From the NCBI RefSeq assembly GCF_009914755.1, contig NC_060932.1: 64,000 bases of DNA. One strand, written 5' to 3'. Below the pieces are notes generated by a model. That model saw only the letters and a program-made list of their open reading frames with translations. It was not told the origin of the DNA and did no database searches. The stretch is from the human T2T-CHM13v2.0 reference genome, Homo sapiens. Below are positions 46,187 to 61,259 of this stretch, one piece after another. The number at the start of each line of letters is the position of its first letter. The stretch's first letter is position 1. The position numbers and the translations under genes are program-made.

Positions 46187-47606
46187 CCCATGAATGGTGG
46201 ATTATATAAAGAAAATGTGGTACGTATGTACCATGGAATATACACGGCCATAAAAACTGAAATCGTGTCCTTCACAGCAACATGGATGAAGCTGGAGGCC
46301 ATTATCCTAAGTGAAATAACGCAGAAACAGAAAATCAAATACCACATGTTCTCAATTGTAAGTGGGATCTAAACAATGGGTACCTTGGTCATAAAGATGG
46401 AAATAATAGACAGTGAGGACTCCAAAAGCCGGGAGGGTGAAAGGGAGACAAGGCTTGAAAAATTACCTTCTGGGTACAGTGTTCACTATTCGGGTGATGG
46501 ATTCACCAGAAACCCAAAGCCCTGCGTTACACAACCTACCCATGTAACAAACCTACACATGTACCCCCTAAATCTACAATCAAATGTAATGGTAACAAAC
46601 CTACTCATGTACCCCCTAAATCTGCAATCAAATATAATGGTAACAAACCTACTCATGTACCCCCTAAATCTACAATCAAATATAATGGTAACAAACCTAC
46701 TCATGTACCCCCTAAATCTACAATCAAATATAATGGTAACAAACCTACACATGTACCCCCTAAATCTACAATCATATATAATGATAACAAACCTACACAT
46801 GTACCCCCTAAATCTACAATCAAATATAATGGTAACAAACCTACACATGTACCCCCTAAATCTACAATCAAATATAATGATAACAAACCTACACATGTAC
46901 CCCCTAAATCTACAATCAAATATGATGGTAACAAACCTACACATGTACCCCCTAAATCTACAATCAAATATGATGGTAACAAACCTACACATGTACCCCC
47001 TAAATCTACAATCAAATATAATGGTAACAAACCTACTCGTGTACCCCCTAAATCTACAATCAAATATAATGGTAACAAACCTACACATGTACCCCCTAAA
47101 TCTACAATCAAATATAATGGTAACAAACCTACACATGTACCCCCTAAATCTACAATCAAATATAATGGTAACAAACCTACACATGTACCCCCTAAATCTA
47201 TAATCAAATATAATGGTAACAAACCTACTCATGTACCCCCTAAATCTACAATCAAATATAATGATAACAAACCTACACATGTACCCCCTAAATCTACAAT
47301 CAAATATAATGGTAACAAACCTACTCGTGTACCCCCTAAATCTACAATCAAATATAATGGTAACAAACCTACTCATGTACCCCCTAAATCTACAATCAAA
47401 TATAATGGTAACAAACCTACACATGTACCCCCTAAATCTATAATCAAATATAATGGTAACAAACCTACTCATGTACCCCCTAAATCTACAATCAAATATA
47501 ATGGTAACAAACCTACACATGTACCCCCTAAATCTATAATCAAATATAATGGTAACAAACCTACACATGTACCCCCTAAATCTATAATCAAATATAATGT
47601 TAAAAA
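46187..47606 (+). mobile_element. 5'-truncated L1PB-type element whose 3' end is amplified as a VNTR; 16-bp TSD
   Basis: AAGAAAATGTGG..CATGGATGAAGCTGGAGGCCATTATCCTAAGTGAA..; AGATTTGGACACAATG (46171-46186) and AGATTTGGACACGATG (47607-47622). Confidence 0.92.
46544..47599 (+). repeat. Minisatellite, 22 x 48 bp (GTAACAAACCTACACATGTACCCCCTAAATCTACAATCAAATATAATG)
   Basis: exact 48-bp period; 1056 bp equals 22 units; few variant positions. Confidence 0.98.
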
Positions 47607-47697
47607 AGATTTGGACACGATGGGTTGGAAATGCCTGTGGGATACCCAGATGAGCAAATAGATAAACAAATCTGAAGCTAAAGATTTCATAGACTCA

Positions 47698-47977
47698 GGC
47701 CAGGCACAGTGGCTCATGCCTGTAGTCTCAGTAGTATTGAAGGCTATGGCAGGCGGATCGCTTGAGCCCAGGAGTTCAAGACCTGCCTGGGCAACATGGC
47801 AAAGCCCAGTCTCCATAAAAATAGAAAAATTAGCCAGGCATGGTGGTGCACACCTGTAGTCCCAGCTACTCAGGAGACTGAGGTGGGAGGATCACTTGAG
47901 CCCAGGAGGCTGCAGTGAGCCGAGATCGTGCCACTGCAGGGGACTGGACAACAGAGCGAGATTGTCTCAATACAAAA
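47698..47977 (+). mobile_element. AluJ
   Basis: GGCCAGGCACAGTGGCTCATGCC..GAGGATCACTTGAGCCCAGGAGG. Confidence 0.9.
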
Positions 47978-49029
47978 ATCAAGATTTTGTAAACCCGGAT
48001 ACCCCATCCCTCAGTCCCAATCCTCCTCTGACAGGGCCCCGATGTCTGCCCTTGAAACTCTTCTAGGAAAAGGAGAAAGAGAGAAAGCAGATACTTCAAA
48101 GGCCATGAGCCCTGCTCTGTGATTGACAGCTGACTGACAGGAAGAGGCCTAAAGAGAATAAAGCTTCCTGTAGGGAAGACTCTGCTGCTGTAGATACAGA
48201 TAATCAGAAGGTGATCACCCCTACCTTCGTGATAAACAGAAGGGCTGAACAACTGTGAGCCAATCCAACATTTCGAAGCCTTGAAGATGAGTATACTTTA
48301 AGATTTTGCGTGAATGCCATTCAGAAAATGTTTCCTTTGTGAAGGTGTCATTATAAGAATGAATGTTTTGTGTTTGAAGAAGTGGTATAATATTTGGAAT
48401 GTTCAGCTAAAGGAAAAAAGATTAGCAGCTAGTTCTAATGACTTTTGGAGAACATGAGAATTTTAGTTTGAGTCTTTTTTTTCTACCCGAAAGTCAAAGT
48501 AAGTTGGGATAAGGAAAAATCGAAAGCAAAAACTGGTAAGCTGGCTTGATTATAGTAATTACAAAAATACTTGAGCATATATACCAGAATTTTTAAAAGT
48601 GCTTTGATATACATTATTTAATTTGACTTATATTTATAAACAACTCATAGTGAAAGCAGGTTGGTTGTGACAATCCTTCCTCCCGGTTTAAAGAAATGAA
48701 GACACTGAGGATAGCTTCATCTTCAGCAGCCTTTGAGAGAATGTCCAAACCAGGATTCTCTTTCTGGTATATAATGATTCTACCTCCATTTTTCCTCCCT
48801 CCCTTCCTTCCCTCCCTGCCTCCCTCCTTCCTATTTTCTTTCCTTCCTTTTTTAAGAGAAGCATAAGTTTTCTACACCATATACTATATACATATATATG
48901 TATATTATATATCTATAAGGCAGTGAAACTAATAAATACATAATCCCTGCTCCCAAGTGACTTTGTCTTCAGATAGGCATTCTTCCTGGACTTCCCTATA
49001 CAGGAAGATGAGAGACAGAATAAATGGTG

Positions 49030-49220
49030 GTTCAGGGCATGGTCCCTGCCTGGTTCCACTTACAGGCTCTTTGACTAGGGCCAGTTAATTAAACTTTGAG
49101 TGTTTCAGTTTCCTTTCTTGTAAATAATACCTCCCTCAGAGGGTTGTAGGAGGATTACATGAATTACTATCTGTAAAGTCTTCACCTGGCACTCAGTAAG
49201 CATTGTATGTTTAATAAATA
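49030..49220 (+). mobile_element. MIR
   Basis: TCAGTTTCC..TGTAAA..CCTCAGAGGGTTGTAGGAGGATTA. Confidence 0.7.
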
Positions 49221-50089
49221 AATGAGCTGGGTCAGTTGACTCCTGTGTGAGAGAAAGATTATACTTATTCTCACTGTTCAGTGACTTGTTCACACAATTA
49301 CAACTAATCTGCAAAAACACGGGAGGGAGACATTTGCTTTATTGCTTCTCCTCTTTCCTCCATCTGGAAGAAATTCCATAGATGAAAGGGTTTATGAAAA
49401 CCAAATACATATCACCAAACATCTCTTCTAAGGGCTCGGGTCCAATGTCTACTTAAGGAAGAAAAGGCTGCCTTCTTCTTTGGGTGCACTCTTATCCAAA
49501 TCCCGGGGGCATTTTGTATCTGAAATGCTGAGATTAATCAGTCCCAGAGACGGCCTTTTGAAATCGCTGGGCTGATTTCATTCGTTTATGCCATTTGGGT
49601 GGGTGGGAAGTCTTTACAGTCTGCCACCAATTCTTCCCAAGTGCTAGAGAAGAGAAATATTCATTCACTCATGACTGTTTCTACTGAGGTCACGAGGCCA
49701 TGGCATGATTTTTTTCTTTTGTCCTTACAAGGAAATCTTTCAAACTTTCTTCAGATGAGGAACCAAAAATAGTGACAAGGAGAAAGGGTTGCCAAAGATA
49801 TGTCCTTCTTTCCCCCTTTATTTCATTTATAGTAAAATCTTAAATCTGTGAGAGCTGCTTTGCAATGTTCCTCGCACTAAGGCACTGTTTATGTCAAGTG
49901 GTAATTCACGATGCATCGACTCCACAGCTCTGGGATATCTTATGTTTCAATATGAACAGCGACTACTAGTCCTCTCTGTTCACTTTTACTTACCAATAAT
50001 TTTCCAGAAAGTTGTGCCGCCTCTTTCTATCTCTGACAGATTTCATGGAATTTCTAGTCTCTGGCAGCATGTGGTAAACACGCGAGGGG

Positions 50090-50270
50090 CTCTGAGGCAG
50101 AAGACGTAGATTCAAGCTCTGAATCCACCTCTGTCTTCGAACCTCATGAAAGTCATCTCCCTTCTGTGCTTCCTCACTTAGAAAGTGTGATGTCTCCCAT
50201 TCCCTCCTCACAGAGCTGTCCAGAGGGTCAAGCTAAATAATGATAAAGAGGCACTCTAAAGCTCTATTTA
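50090..50270 (+). mobile_element. MIR
   Basis: GGCTCTGAGGCAGAAGAC..TTCAAG..CTGTGCTTCCTCA..CCTCACAGAGCTGT. Confidence 0.6.
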
Positions 50271-50704
50271 AAAGTAAGTTAAGTTCACGTTTTCTGCACT
50301 TTCTTACATGTATATTTCACAATAAATAATGTTAAAATGATGAACACTGAAAAAATATAACTATAGGACAATTACAAATCATTGTCAAACTTTCAAAGCA
50401 AAAGTTGCCTTATTCAAATGTTAATTGGCATTCTAACAATTTAAATAAACAGATACATTTTATATTTCATAAACACACACACACACACATACACATATAC
50501 ATATTTGGCTAGAGTGTTAGACACATCAGTGCCCTAAATTGGGCTATAAACTTTTGATTAAATATCTCTGAAATTTTAGAGCCTGGCATTCAGAAAACAA
50601 GTTTTTTTCCCAAGCATGATATTTTGGCATGTTTCTTTCATTTATTTATATCGTTGCTTTGCTTTCTGAAGTGAGTCAAAGATTATGATAGCTGAAATCA
50701 AGTT

Positions 50705-51700
50705 TGAGGCAGAGATTATTAGTTGTCCATCAAATATCCATCCTCTCCTCTATCAAATTAACTGAGCTCTATTTTTTAGATGGGGACAGCAACACCCAGC
50801 TACAGCAATACAATACCCAGCATTTCCTATTTTCTTTCCCAGCTAGGTGTAGCCATCTGACTATGTTCTGGCCAATGAGATGTAAGCAGGAGGGTTGTGT
50901 GGGATTTCCAGAAAGTTTTGTAAAAGGGAGGAGTTGCACCCCTCCCCCTTCACTTCTTCCACCCTGCTGTTTGGGAAGTGGTTGAAATGGCTAACCTTGG
51001 ACATGAAGAAGCAGGCCATGTCCTAGTGTTACCAGTGGAGGGTGTCCAGGTTCTTGGAGTCTTGAACAAAGAATTGAACAAAATGCACTCCCATTGGTTA
51101 CTTGGTGTACACCCTATGTAAATGAAGTAGTGGCCACCATCAATCTGATTGCTTGTGGGAGGGGACCAATCAGAGGCTGAAGCAAAGTTACAAAATTACA
51201 CCCTATGCAAACATCTGATTGGTGTGGAAAGTGACCAATCAGAGGTTGAAGTGAAGGTACAAAGTTATATTCCTATGCAAATGAAGACTTGGCCTGTGAC
51301 CAGCCTGATTGGTTGTGGGAGGGGACAAATCAGAGGTACTTTTAATTTTTCCTATGCTACACAGAAAAGGGGGATGTGGCAAAGGGAGTGGCTTCTGGTC
51401 CTTTTGTTACTTGGGCTTGGAAATTTGGGGTTTTCCTTTTGATTTAGATCTAGGAAGTCAGCTTGAAACAGCCTTAGGTTCTCTGCCTCCAGACCCTATT
51501 CTCCTGCCTCACTAGGGATGGATGACGGTGAGGCAAGAGGAGCTTTGTATCCCTGGTGACAATGAAGTCAACACACACCCTCCACTACCTAGTTCTGGAT
51601 TCTTATATGTTTGAAATAATTAAGCAACTACCTTGTTTACCTTTTAGAAGGGGTGAGGAGAGGGTCTATGTTATTTACAGCTGAAATTAATTTTACCCAA
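50705..51700 (+). mobile_element. MLT1J-like LTR interrupted by MER51A
   Basis: AGCTAGGTGTAGCCATCTGACTATGTTCTGGCCAATGAGATGTAAGCAG; continues after 51515. Confidence 0.6.
51027..51511 (-). mobile_element. MER51A-like solo LTR (ERV1) with 4-bp TSD CTAG
   Basis: minus strand begins TGAGGCAGGAGAATAGGGTCTGGAGGCAGAGAACCTAAGGC and ends GGTAACA; repeated CCAATCAG modules; CTAG on both sides. Confidence 0.88.
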
Positions 51701-51762
51701 AAAACATCAGTCTACTGACCCATCCATTTCCAAGACAAGTTTGAAGCTTTTACCTAAAGTTA

Positions 51763-52224
<462 letters not shown>

Positions 52225-53882
52225 ACCTGTCTACAGGAACCGTGAATCAGGCAGGATGACACCTCAGTTTCATGTCACTTGCTCGTGGAAGCTCTGTCAA
52301 CAGAAGCTGACAGAGTAGCCAGTTGCTCCTCATAGATCTGCTACAGACCCAGGGAGGTCACAGGAGGCAGTGGAGGAGCATGCACAGCTACGTGGACCTG
52401 TAATTTTGTGAGCAGCACTGAGGAAATTTAGCTGGACAGTGTTTGTACCTGTATTTGGAAACTGATGAGGTGATTAGACACTCCATTCCTATTTATTGGA
52501 TGACATGTCATTTTTGCATTGATAGAATAGACAGTCTCTTTGGGAAGGTGCAAAAAGGCCATCTTGTTCTCAGAAAATGTGATGCACTGCACTGTGCTCT
52601 TCTTTACTCACTCAGCAAGTATTTACGAGGCCCCTACTGTATACCAGACCACATATTACACCACTGGATGACCCTTGCTCATGCTATCCCCTTTGCAGGG
52701 GGGTTACCTTTGTGTATTCTCTCTTCATCCGAGGCCAGTGTTTCTCAGAGGCCCAGGTCTGGTCTGAGAAGACTTCTTGGCCACTTGGGCCCTCAGTGAT
52801 GTCTTCCCTCTGCCCAAGTTCCTGCAGTGCTGAGCATCCACACAACTGATTGGGCACTCAGCAAATGCGATATTTCTTCTTCTGTCGAGTGAGTGCTTTG
52901 AGTTCAGAGACACACCGTTGGTGCTTAATAAATGTTTGTGAATGATGCTCATGTAGCTCTTTACTATTTATTTTAGTCAATGTGAATAGGGCATCTCTGG
53001 CATGCCTGATGCTATACTAAGCATCAGTGGGGAGAAAAGATGAATAAGACTCAGACTCGCAGGCCAGCTAGAGGAATAGAAGTGTGAAGTGGTTATTTTA
53101 ATGCCACGTTATATACGCTATAGAAAAGAGGTTGGAGAATGTTAGAGAAGAGGCTACTGATTTATCCTCAGAAAGTCTAAACAGACTTCCCAGAAGCAGC
53201 AGGGTTCTGCTTGTTCTGGAAGGGGGAGGAAAGGCCAGGTGGGTGAGAGGGGTCATTCACACCAATTGCATCAATGGCCCTCGCAACCTCTTGCAAAGTA
53301 GGCAAGGTCATTACTATATCTCCTCTCTATAGATGAAGAAACTGGAAGCAAAACATGGGGCTCCTGGCTGTACAGAGAAGCGAAGCAGGCCCAGAACCCA
53401 AGCTCTGGCTCCTAATCGGCTTCTTTCTACCATACCCAACTGTCTCCCTAAATAACACTAATGACCATGACTTCAGCCCTGGAGGAGGTCAGGTGTTTCT
53501 TATTTTCTCCATTAAAATGAGTTCAGAAGCCCAGTTCATTCAATTTATTGCATTTTCCCCTTCCATTTTTCATAATTCTCCCATTTATGAGGCAAACGTT
53601 CTCAGTAATTCCCCTCCCAGGAATCTTCCCTAAGGAAATAATCCGAGAGGCAGACAGATTTATGTAGAAAAACTTTCATTGCATAGCTATTTATAATAAC
53701 AGGAAATAGGAAACGACCTAAATTTCCAACAAAAACAGATGAGTGGGCAGGCCCTAAACATCTTTCCATATAATTTTAATGAGATTTTTAAAATGCTCAT
53801 GATTCATGTTTTTGAAAAAAGACAGAATAAAGCTTCATGATCCAAATTTTGTTGTTGAGTATACATGTCTATGTTTGCATAG

Positions 53883-54469
<587 letters not shown>

Positions 54470-54531
54470 AAACTTGTTTAATAAAATGCAAAGGTCATCA
54501 GGAGAGGAATATAACAGAGGCTGTATTCCCC

Positions 54532-55000
54532 TATTAGTTTGGGTTTTCTAGAGAAACAGAACTAATAGGGTGTGTGCATGTGCGTGTGCGTGCATGCGTG
54601 TGTGTGTGTGTGTGTAGACAGAAAAAGAAAGAGAGGGAGAGAGAAATTATTTTATGGGATTTTAGGGAATTGGCTCTTGCAATTATGGAGGCTGGGAAGT
54701 CAAACTGTGCAAGGCAGGCTGGCAAGCTAGCAACCCAGGGAAGAGCTGCAGTTCCAGGCCAAGGGCAATCTGCTGGCAGAATTCCCTCTTATTCAGGGAA
54801 GCTCAGTCTTTCCTGTTAGGGCCTTCAACTGACTGGGTAAGGTTCACCCACATTATGGAGAGGCATTTGCTTTACTAAAACTCTACTGATGTAAGTGTTA
54901 ACATCATCGAAAAAATAACTCCACAGAAACAACTAGTATAATGTTTGATGAAATACGTGGCTACTGTGGCCCAGCCAAGTTGACACATGAAATTAATCTG
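54532..55000 (-). mobile_element. MLT2 (C/D-type) LTR with internal (TG)n
   Basis: TATTAG..GGGTTTTCTAGAGAAACAGAACTAATAGG..GGAATTGGCTC..CAGCCAAGTTGACACATGAAATTAA. Confidence 0.85.
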
Positions 55001-55167
55001 CAATTTTCTAAGCACTGAGGATTTCTCTTAAGATTTCTTCCCAGCAGACCTGACTGAGGACAGGGCTCTGTTCTTTTCTCCATTTCTCTGTTGCTCAGCA
55101 AAGTGTCTGCCTCATGGTAGACGTTCAGCAGGTGTTGGAATGAGTAGATAGGTGAGTAAGGAAGTGA

Positions 55168-55680
<513 letters not shown>

Positions 55681-56734
55681 CACCAATCTATTTGGATTTA
55701 CCAGACAGTTGTCCATAGCTCAGGAACCCCTGAGGACACCCAGTTCACCCCAGTGGTGTTGCCCTTCGCTGAGCAGTGGTCAGTGAGAATCAAGAGTCCT
55801 TTGGGACCAGCGATGTGGGCCTCTGGGGGCTGCCTGAGGTCAGGGCCCCCACTGGAAGGCCTCCATCACTTCAGTCCAAGCAGGTAGCAGTGGAAGCAGC
55901 TCTTCATTCTGAGCTACAGCCAGCCAGGGGCCCCTGTGGCTCAGCCCATGAGGCTAGTATGTGGCACCTCCAGCCACCATGCACTTCTCTCCCATCTTTG
56001 GATGTGGGCTTTTGTCCCCTTCAGGGTTTCTTGTTTTATTGATTAACTCTACCCTTGCCTCAGGCTAGAATCTCTCCTGAACCCAGAGTCTCAGATCATC
56101 TAACCCTCTGCTGTTCTGCCTCCCTCTGGAGCCTCAGAAGGGCAGGATTCCAGGTACCCAGTCAGTTCAGCAAGAAAAGAAAGTAGTAAAGACGTTTCAG
56201 TAGCTAGAGTCACCAATATAAAAAAGCCAGGAAACCCAGGAGGCCCATAAAGTCGTGAGAAAGAAGAAACAAGGAGCAAGGTTGGTCTCCCCAGGCTGCA
56301 GGTGGACAAAAATCAATTCAATATGGCAATGTTGCTCTAGTCATGCAAAAGGTATTTTTTATTAAAAATCCGCTATAAGGAATAAATCCTAAGATCTGAC
56401 TTATTTCATAGGTAAATGCAGACACAACTCTCCTGACTGAAAGGAGACAATGTCTTCATTTAGGGACTGGGATACGAGCCACAGTCCATGGACCTCTGAC
56501 CCTGCCAACCATTGTTGGAGGCAGGTCCGAGGTGGGTGAGGGAGGTGGGCATCCCCACGTGGAGGAGTGGGCTGGGAGGTGAGCTTGTCCCTTTCTAAAC
56601 ATAGTTGTGTTTACATGCAATCTGGATGGGTGGATGTTACATCTCTGTACAGCAGGTGAGAAGCGTACCTGGTAGACAGGGGTCGCAGTACACTAACAGC
56701 CTGAAAAGTCTAGGTCATAGATGCTACCTGATGT

Positions 56735-56980
56735 GATAATAAAAGCACACATTTATGGAGCACTTACCATGTGCCAGGCACTATTCCAAGCACATTGCAT
56801 AGATAATCTCATTTAATCCTCACATTTCTATGAAGTGACTTTGGCAATTCTCCCTACTTTATAACTAAAGAATCTGAGGCATAGAGAGATGACTTGATTT
56901 GACTTGCCCAGAGCACACAGCCAGTCAGCAGTGGAGCTGGGACTCCATGGCAGCTTTGTGGTCTCACAACCATCACTCTT
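56735..56980 (-). mobile_element. MIR
   Basis: ATTTATGGAGCACTTACCATGTGCCAGGCAC..TCATTTAATCCTCAC..CTGAGGC. Confidence 0.8.
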
Positions 56981-56982
56981 GA

Positions 56983-57097
56983 ACACACTCACACATGCAC
57001 ACACACACACTCACATGCTCACACACTCAAATATGCCTACACACACATGCTCACACACACACTCACACTAACACACACTCTCACACACGCACACACA
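56983..57097. repeat. Degenerate (CA)n microsatellite
   Basis: read directly from the sequence. Confidence 0.9.
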
Positions 57098-58439
57098 GAT
57101 TCTTGGGATGTCAAAGTCAGGTGCCTTTTCCTTCCTCCTCTCCCACAAAAATGGCATACAAACTCACTTTCTTACCTTCTCAATCCCAAACTGAAGCAAT
57201 TTTCTAATCCCTGTTTCTGTTCCACCTGGCCCCAGTATTCCAGTTGCAAATCTAAACAGCAGTATTCTAGTCTTGACTTTTCCTCCTTTATGCTCCCTGC
57301 TGTGGGAGACCCAGAAGTCTCCCCTTCCTGGGATAAACAGGTACTCTAAACCCCTTAGATGACACTTGGACACCTGCTTCCTTTGTTTTGGCAGTGGCGG
57401 GATGGTGCGGAAGAGAAACAGATAAACCCTGGATCAGGACCCAGGAGTCCACAACTCATCCTCTAACCAACAAGCAGCCTCACGGGCACAGGGTTCTTAT
57501 CTCTAAACAGAAGGACTTGGTCTGGGTGATCTCTAAAACATTAAAAATTGTGTTTCAGTGGTCTCTTTCTAGGGGTACACGACTGGCCATTCTTCCTTTT
57601 TAACCACCATGTTTTCTCAGGGAGCTTGATGGCCAGTCTCTGGACAAGAATGAGACATGAGATTTATTTTAGGAAACTGGCCATCCACACACACACGTGT
57701 TTATGGTATCCTTTGAGGCATAAAAAGAAAGATCCAAGCATTGACAGCAGATGCATCTTTGCCAAGTCTCTCAGAGGAGGTTTCTGGTTAGCAGGTTGGA
57801 ATTCATTCTTCAATTCAGAACAATTTGTTCTTTTTCTTTCAGGATATTTGCAGAGGAGAATTCTGGGACTACTCACGGTCATGCAGCTCACATGAAAATG
57901 GCATGAGATTAAATCACTAACCTTTTCAAATCAGTAAGAATTTCCTGGGACCTAGCTTTGAGAGAGGTAAATATTTGTAGTTATCTATTCTGTGCATTAA
58001 ACAGAATTGGAAAATCACCAAAGAGTACACACGCACAAAAATAACTTCTGGGAGGCAGACAAATGCCCACAGGCATTGAGAAAGCTGAGTTGGAGCCAAG
58101 GGGCCACATGGTGTTAGGGAAACCACCCCTCACGGAGCTGGGGCACAGCTGGCTTCTCTTTGATGCACCACCCCAGCCTTTGGAAGTGGCTGATCCTTAG
58201 AATGGTGAGTTTAGTGCACTGAATCTCATCCTCTTTCAAACTTTGCTGGGATCTCCTAAACCAAGAGAAAATAAATATGGTTAGTGGTTTGGCAGCCAGT
58301 GAGGTGGGTGGGGAGCTGATAGTCTATCATTCCTGACTAGTTGGTTTCTTCCTTTACGAAATCCTCCTTCCCAAGGTAGAATCCGCTGAAACTACGTTTT
58401 TCCAGCTTCACTTGCACCTAAAGTATAGCATGTAACTAG

Positions 58440-59420
58440 TGCTAGCTACATAATCTGCAGGGCCTTGTGAAAATGGAAAATGTAGGGTCCCTTATTCAAA
58501 AAGCAGGAGGAAAAGTGCAGTTAAAGGTACTAAAATATAATTCATTAAAAAGATTTTATTACTTATAAAATGTACTATGGGGTAATAGCAATGCATTAAT
58601 AACAAAGTTATAAATTGCAAAAAAGGGTCAATTTTGTATAATACGGGGAGCGATATTGTTATCACGTTAATGTTGTAATAATGTTATCTTGATTGATCAT
58701 AAGATTTTTCTCACATGCTTTTCTACAAATTCATTTATTAGGTCACTTATTGCTTTTAGCAACATCATTCTTAATCAGTATAATTGAAAGTGATGTCAGT
58801 TCTTGGCAAATGCAAGGTCACAAATAATTTTTGACAATCCTTAATTTTGAGAATGACTTTTCCACTAAAGTCACCATTGCTTAAGTTGTTAAAAGTATTT
58901 TATAGTCTGACAACTTTGAGATAAATTTGTTAATTTTTTTGAAATACAAATTTTAGTACATCTAGAGCTGACAATTTTTGCAGAAGAGATTTTCTAAAAA
59001 GATTTAACTCCTCATACAAATCAGTTTTGTGTGAGTCTGAGTTTAATTTTTGATGCAAATTTATACAGTGGCGTTTTAATGTTTCCTCTGACATTCCCTG
59101 TAGCTTGTTGAAGTCATACAGGAAACTGAAAGTAGCTTTATGATTTATATATAATTCAAGACACCTGTTTTTACATTCTATCATTGTATCTTCAGTGGCA
59201 AGGAAAAACTAATTATAAAATTATCTTCCTTGTTAGTACTAGATTTGGTTCATCCAGAGCTTCATGTGGAAATAAAGTTATTTTCCATTAAGGGTGATAA
59301 TCAAAATTTAATTTCTGTTTCTAACCCTGTGGATATCTGCTTTGCAATGTTATGACAATTTTCAAAACCAGTGATTCTAAACTCTGAAAAATTCTAATAA
59401 TTTCCTGATATGCTTTATTG
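58440..59420 (-). mobile_element. hAT-Tip100-type DNA transposon remnant with transposase C-terminus
   Basis: minus-strand translation YKILLTT*AMVTLVEKSFSKLRIVKNYL*PCICQE resembles the hAT dimerisation motif (LLTIPVTVASAERSFSKLKLIKNYLRSTMSQE); ORF 58930-59184 lies upstream; subterminal GCTACATAAT..GGGTCCCTTATTCAAAA. Confidence 0.8.
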
Positions 59421-59592
59421 CAATATGTCTCTCTCAGCTTTTATTTTGTAATAATTTACCAAGTACCAGCAGAACTAGTGAATGGTAGAACAAGGATTCA
59501 GACCAAAACCTGGGCTTTTAATCGCTACACTGCACCAAGCCTTCTTAATATGGCATCAGAGAACTCACCAAATCATCCTCCATACTGCATCA

Positions 59593-60114
<522 letters not shown>

Positions 60115-60229
60115 TTATTCAGAGGGCACTTTGGAAGACCAACAGGCACAAGAGGGTCTCTCCTAAGATTGTGACAATTGTGTAAGCCAAACAGGGCCAT
60201 TTTTTCTATCCAAATGGAAAGAGCCTATT

Positions 60230-60420
60230 TGAGTAAGAAGCTGGCATGGAAAAAGGTAGAGCGGAGAGACAGTCCTGATTATGTCGTTTGAGCTCCTGGA
60301 TCTCACTATTCTTGAAGCCTAATAAATGAGCCAATAAATTATTCTTTTTACCTATGCCAGTTTGAGTTGGTTTTCTGTCTCTAAACATATATTTTTTTAA
60401 CTACAAAGATTCTTCATATA
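60230..60420 (+). mobile_element. MLT1-type LTR 3' fragment
   Basis: TTTGAGCTCCTGGATC..TGAGCCAATAAATT..GCCAGTTTGAGTTGGTTTTCTGTC. Confidence 0.65.
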
Positions 60421-60482
60421 GCAGACACGGTGACAGACTTGAGTCATACTTCTTGGCCACCAGCTGCTGTCTGCCTCTGTAA

Positions 60483-60908
<426 letters not shown>

Positions 60909-61259
60909 TCATGCATCTTTCTCTTTACTCTTTCTCCCCAGCCATTCCTGACTCCCAAATGAAAAGCATCATGGATCCTTGTTGTAGACAGAGGTATAAA
61001 GAAAGAGCTTCTTTTGAAGTTCTAGGCTGTCTATACAATATCTGGTAGCACCAGAAACAACATGAAATATTGTGGATGATATGATTTATTTTAGATAATG
61101 TGATTTGGTCAATATTAGCATTTGGATTTCTTCAGAAAGATAGTAATAAAAGTTAACATGGAGATGATCTCTTTCAGGGTCAGCCAAGCATAGGGTGGCT
61201 GTCAGGATCACACAAGAAAGGATTTCACAGGGACATCGACATGGCATTAAATACTAGCA

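Noticed and set aside
46376-47568. Long ORFs of 275 aa (+), 360 aa (-) and 173 aa (-)
   Set aside because: Products of a 48-bp tandem repeat inside an L1 3' end; 16-aa periodic, with no promoter or splice context.
46544-47599. CRISPR-like regular array
   Set aside because: Units are contiguous with no unique spacers; eukaryotic, L1-derived minisatellite.
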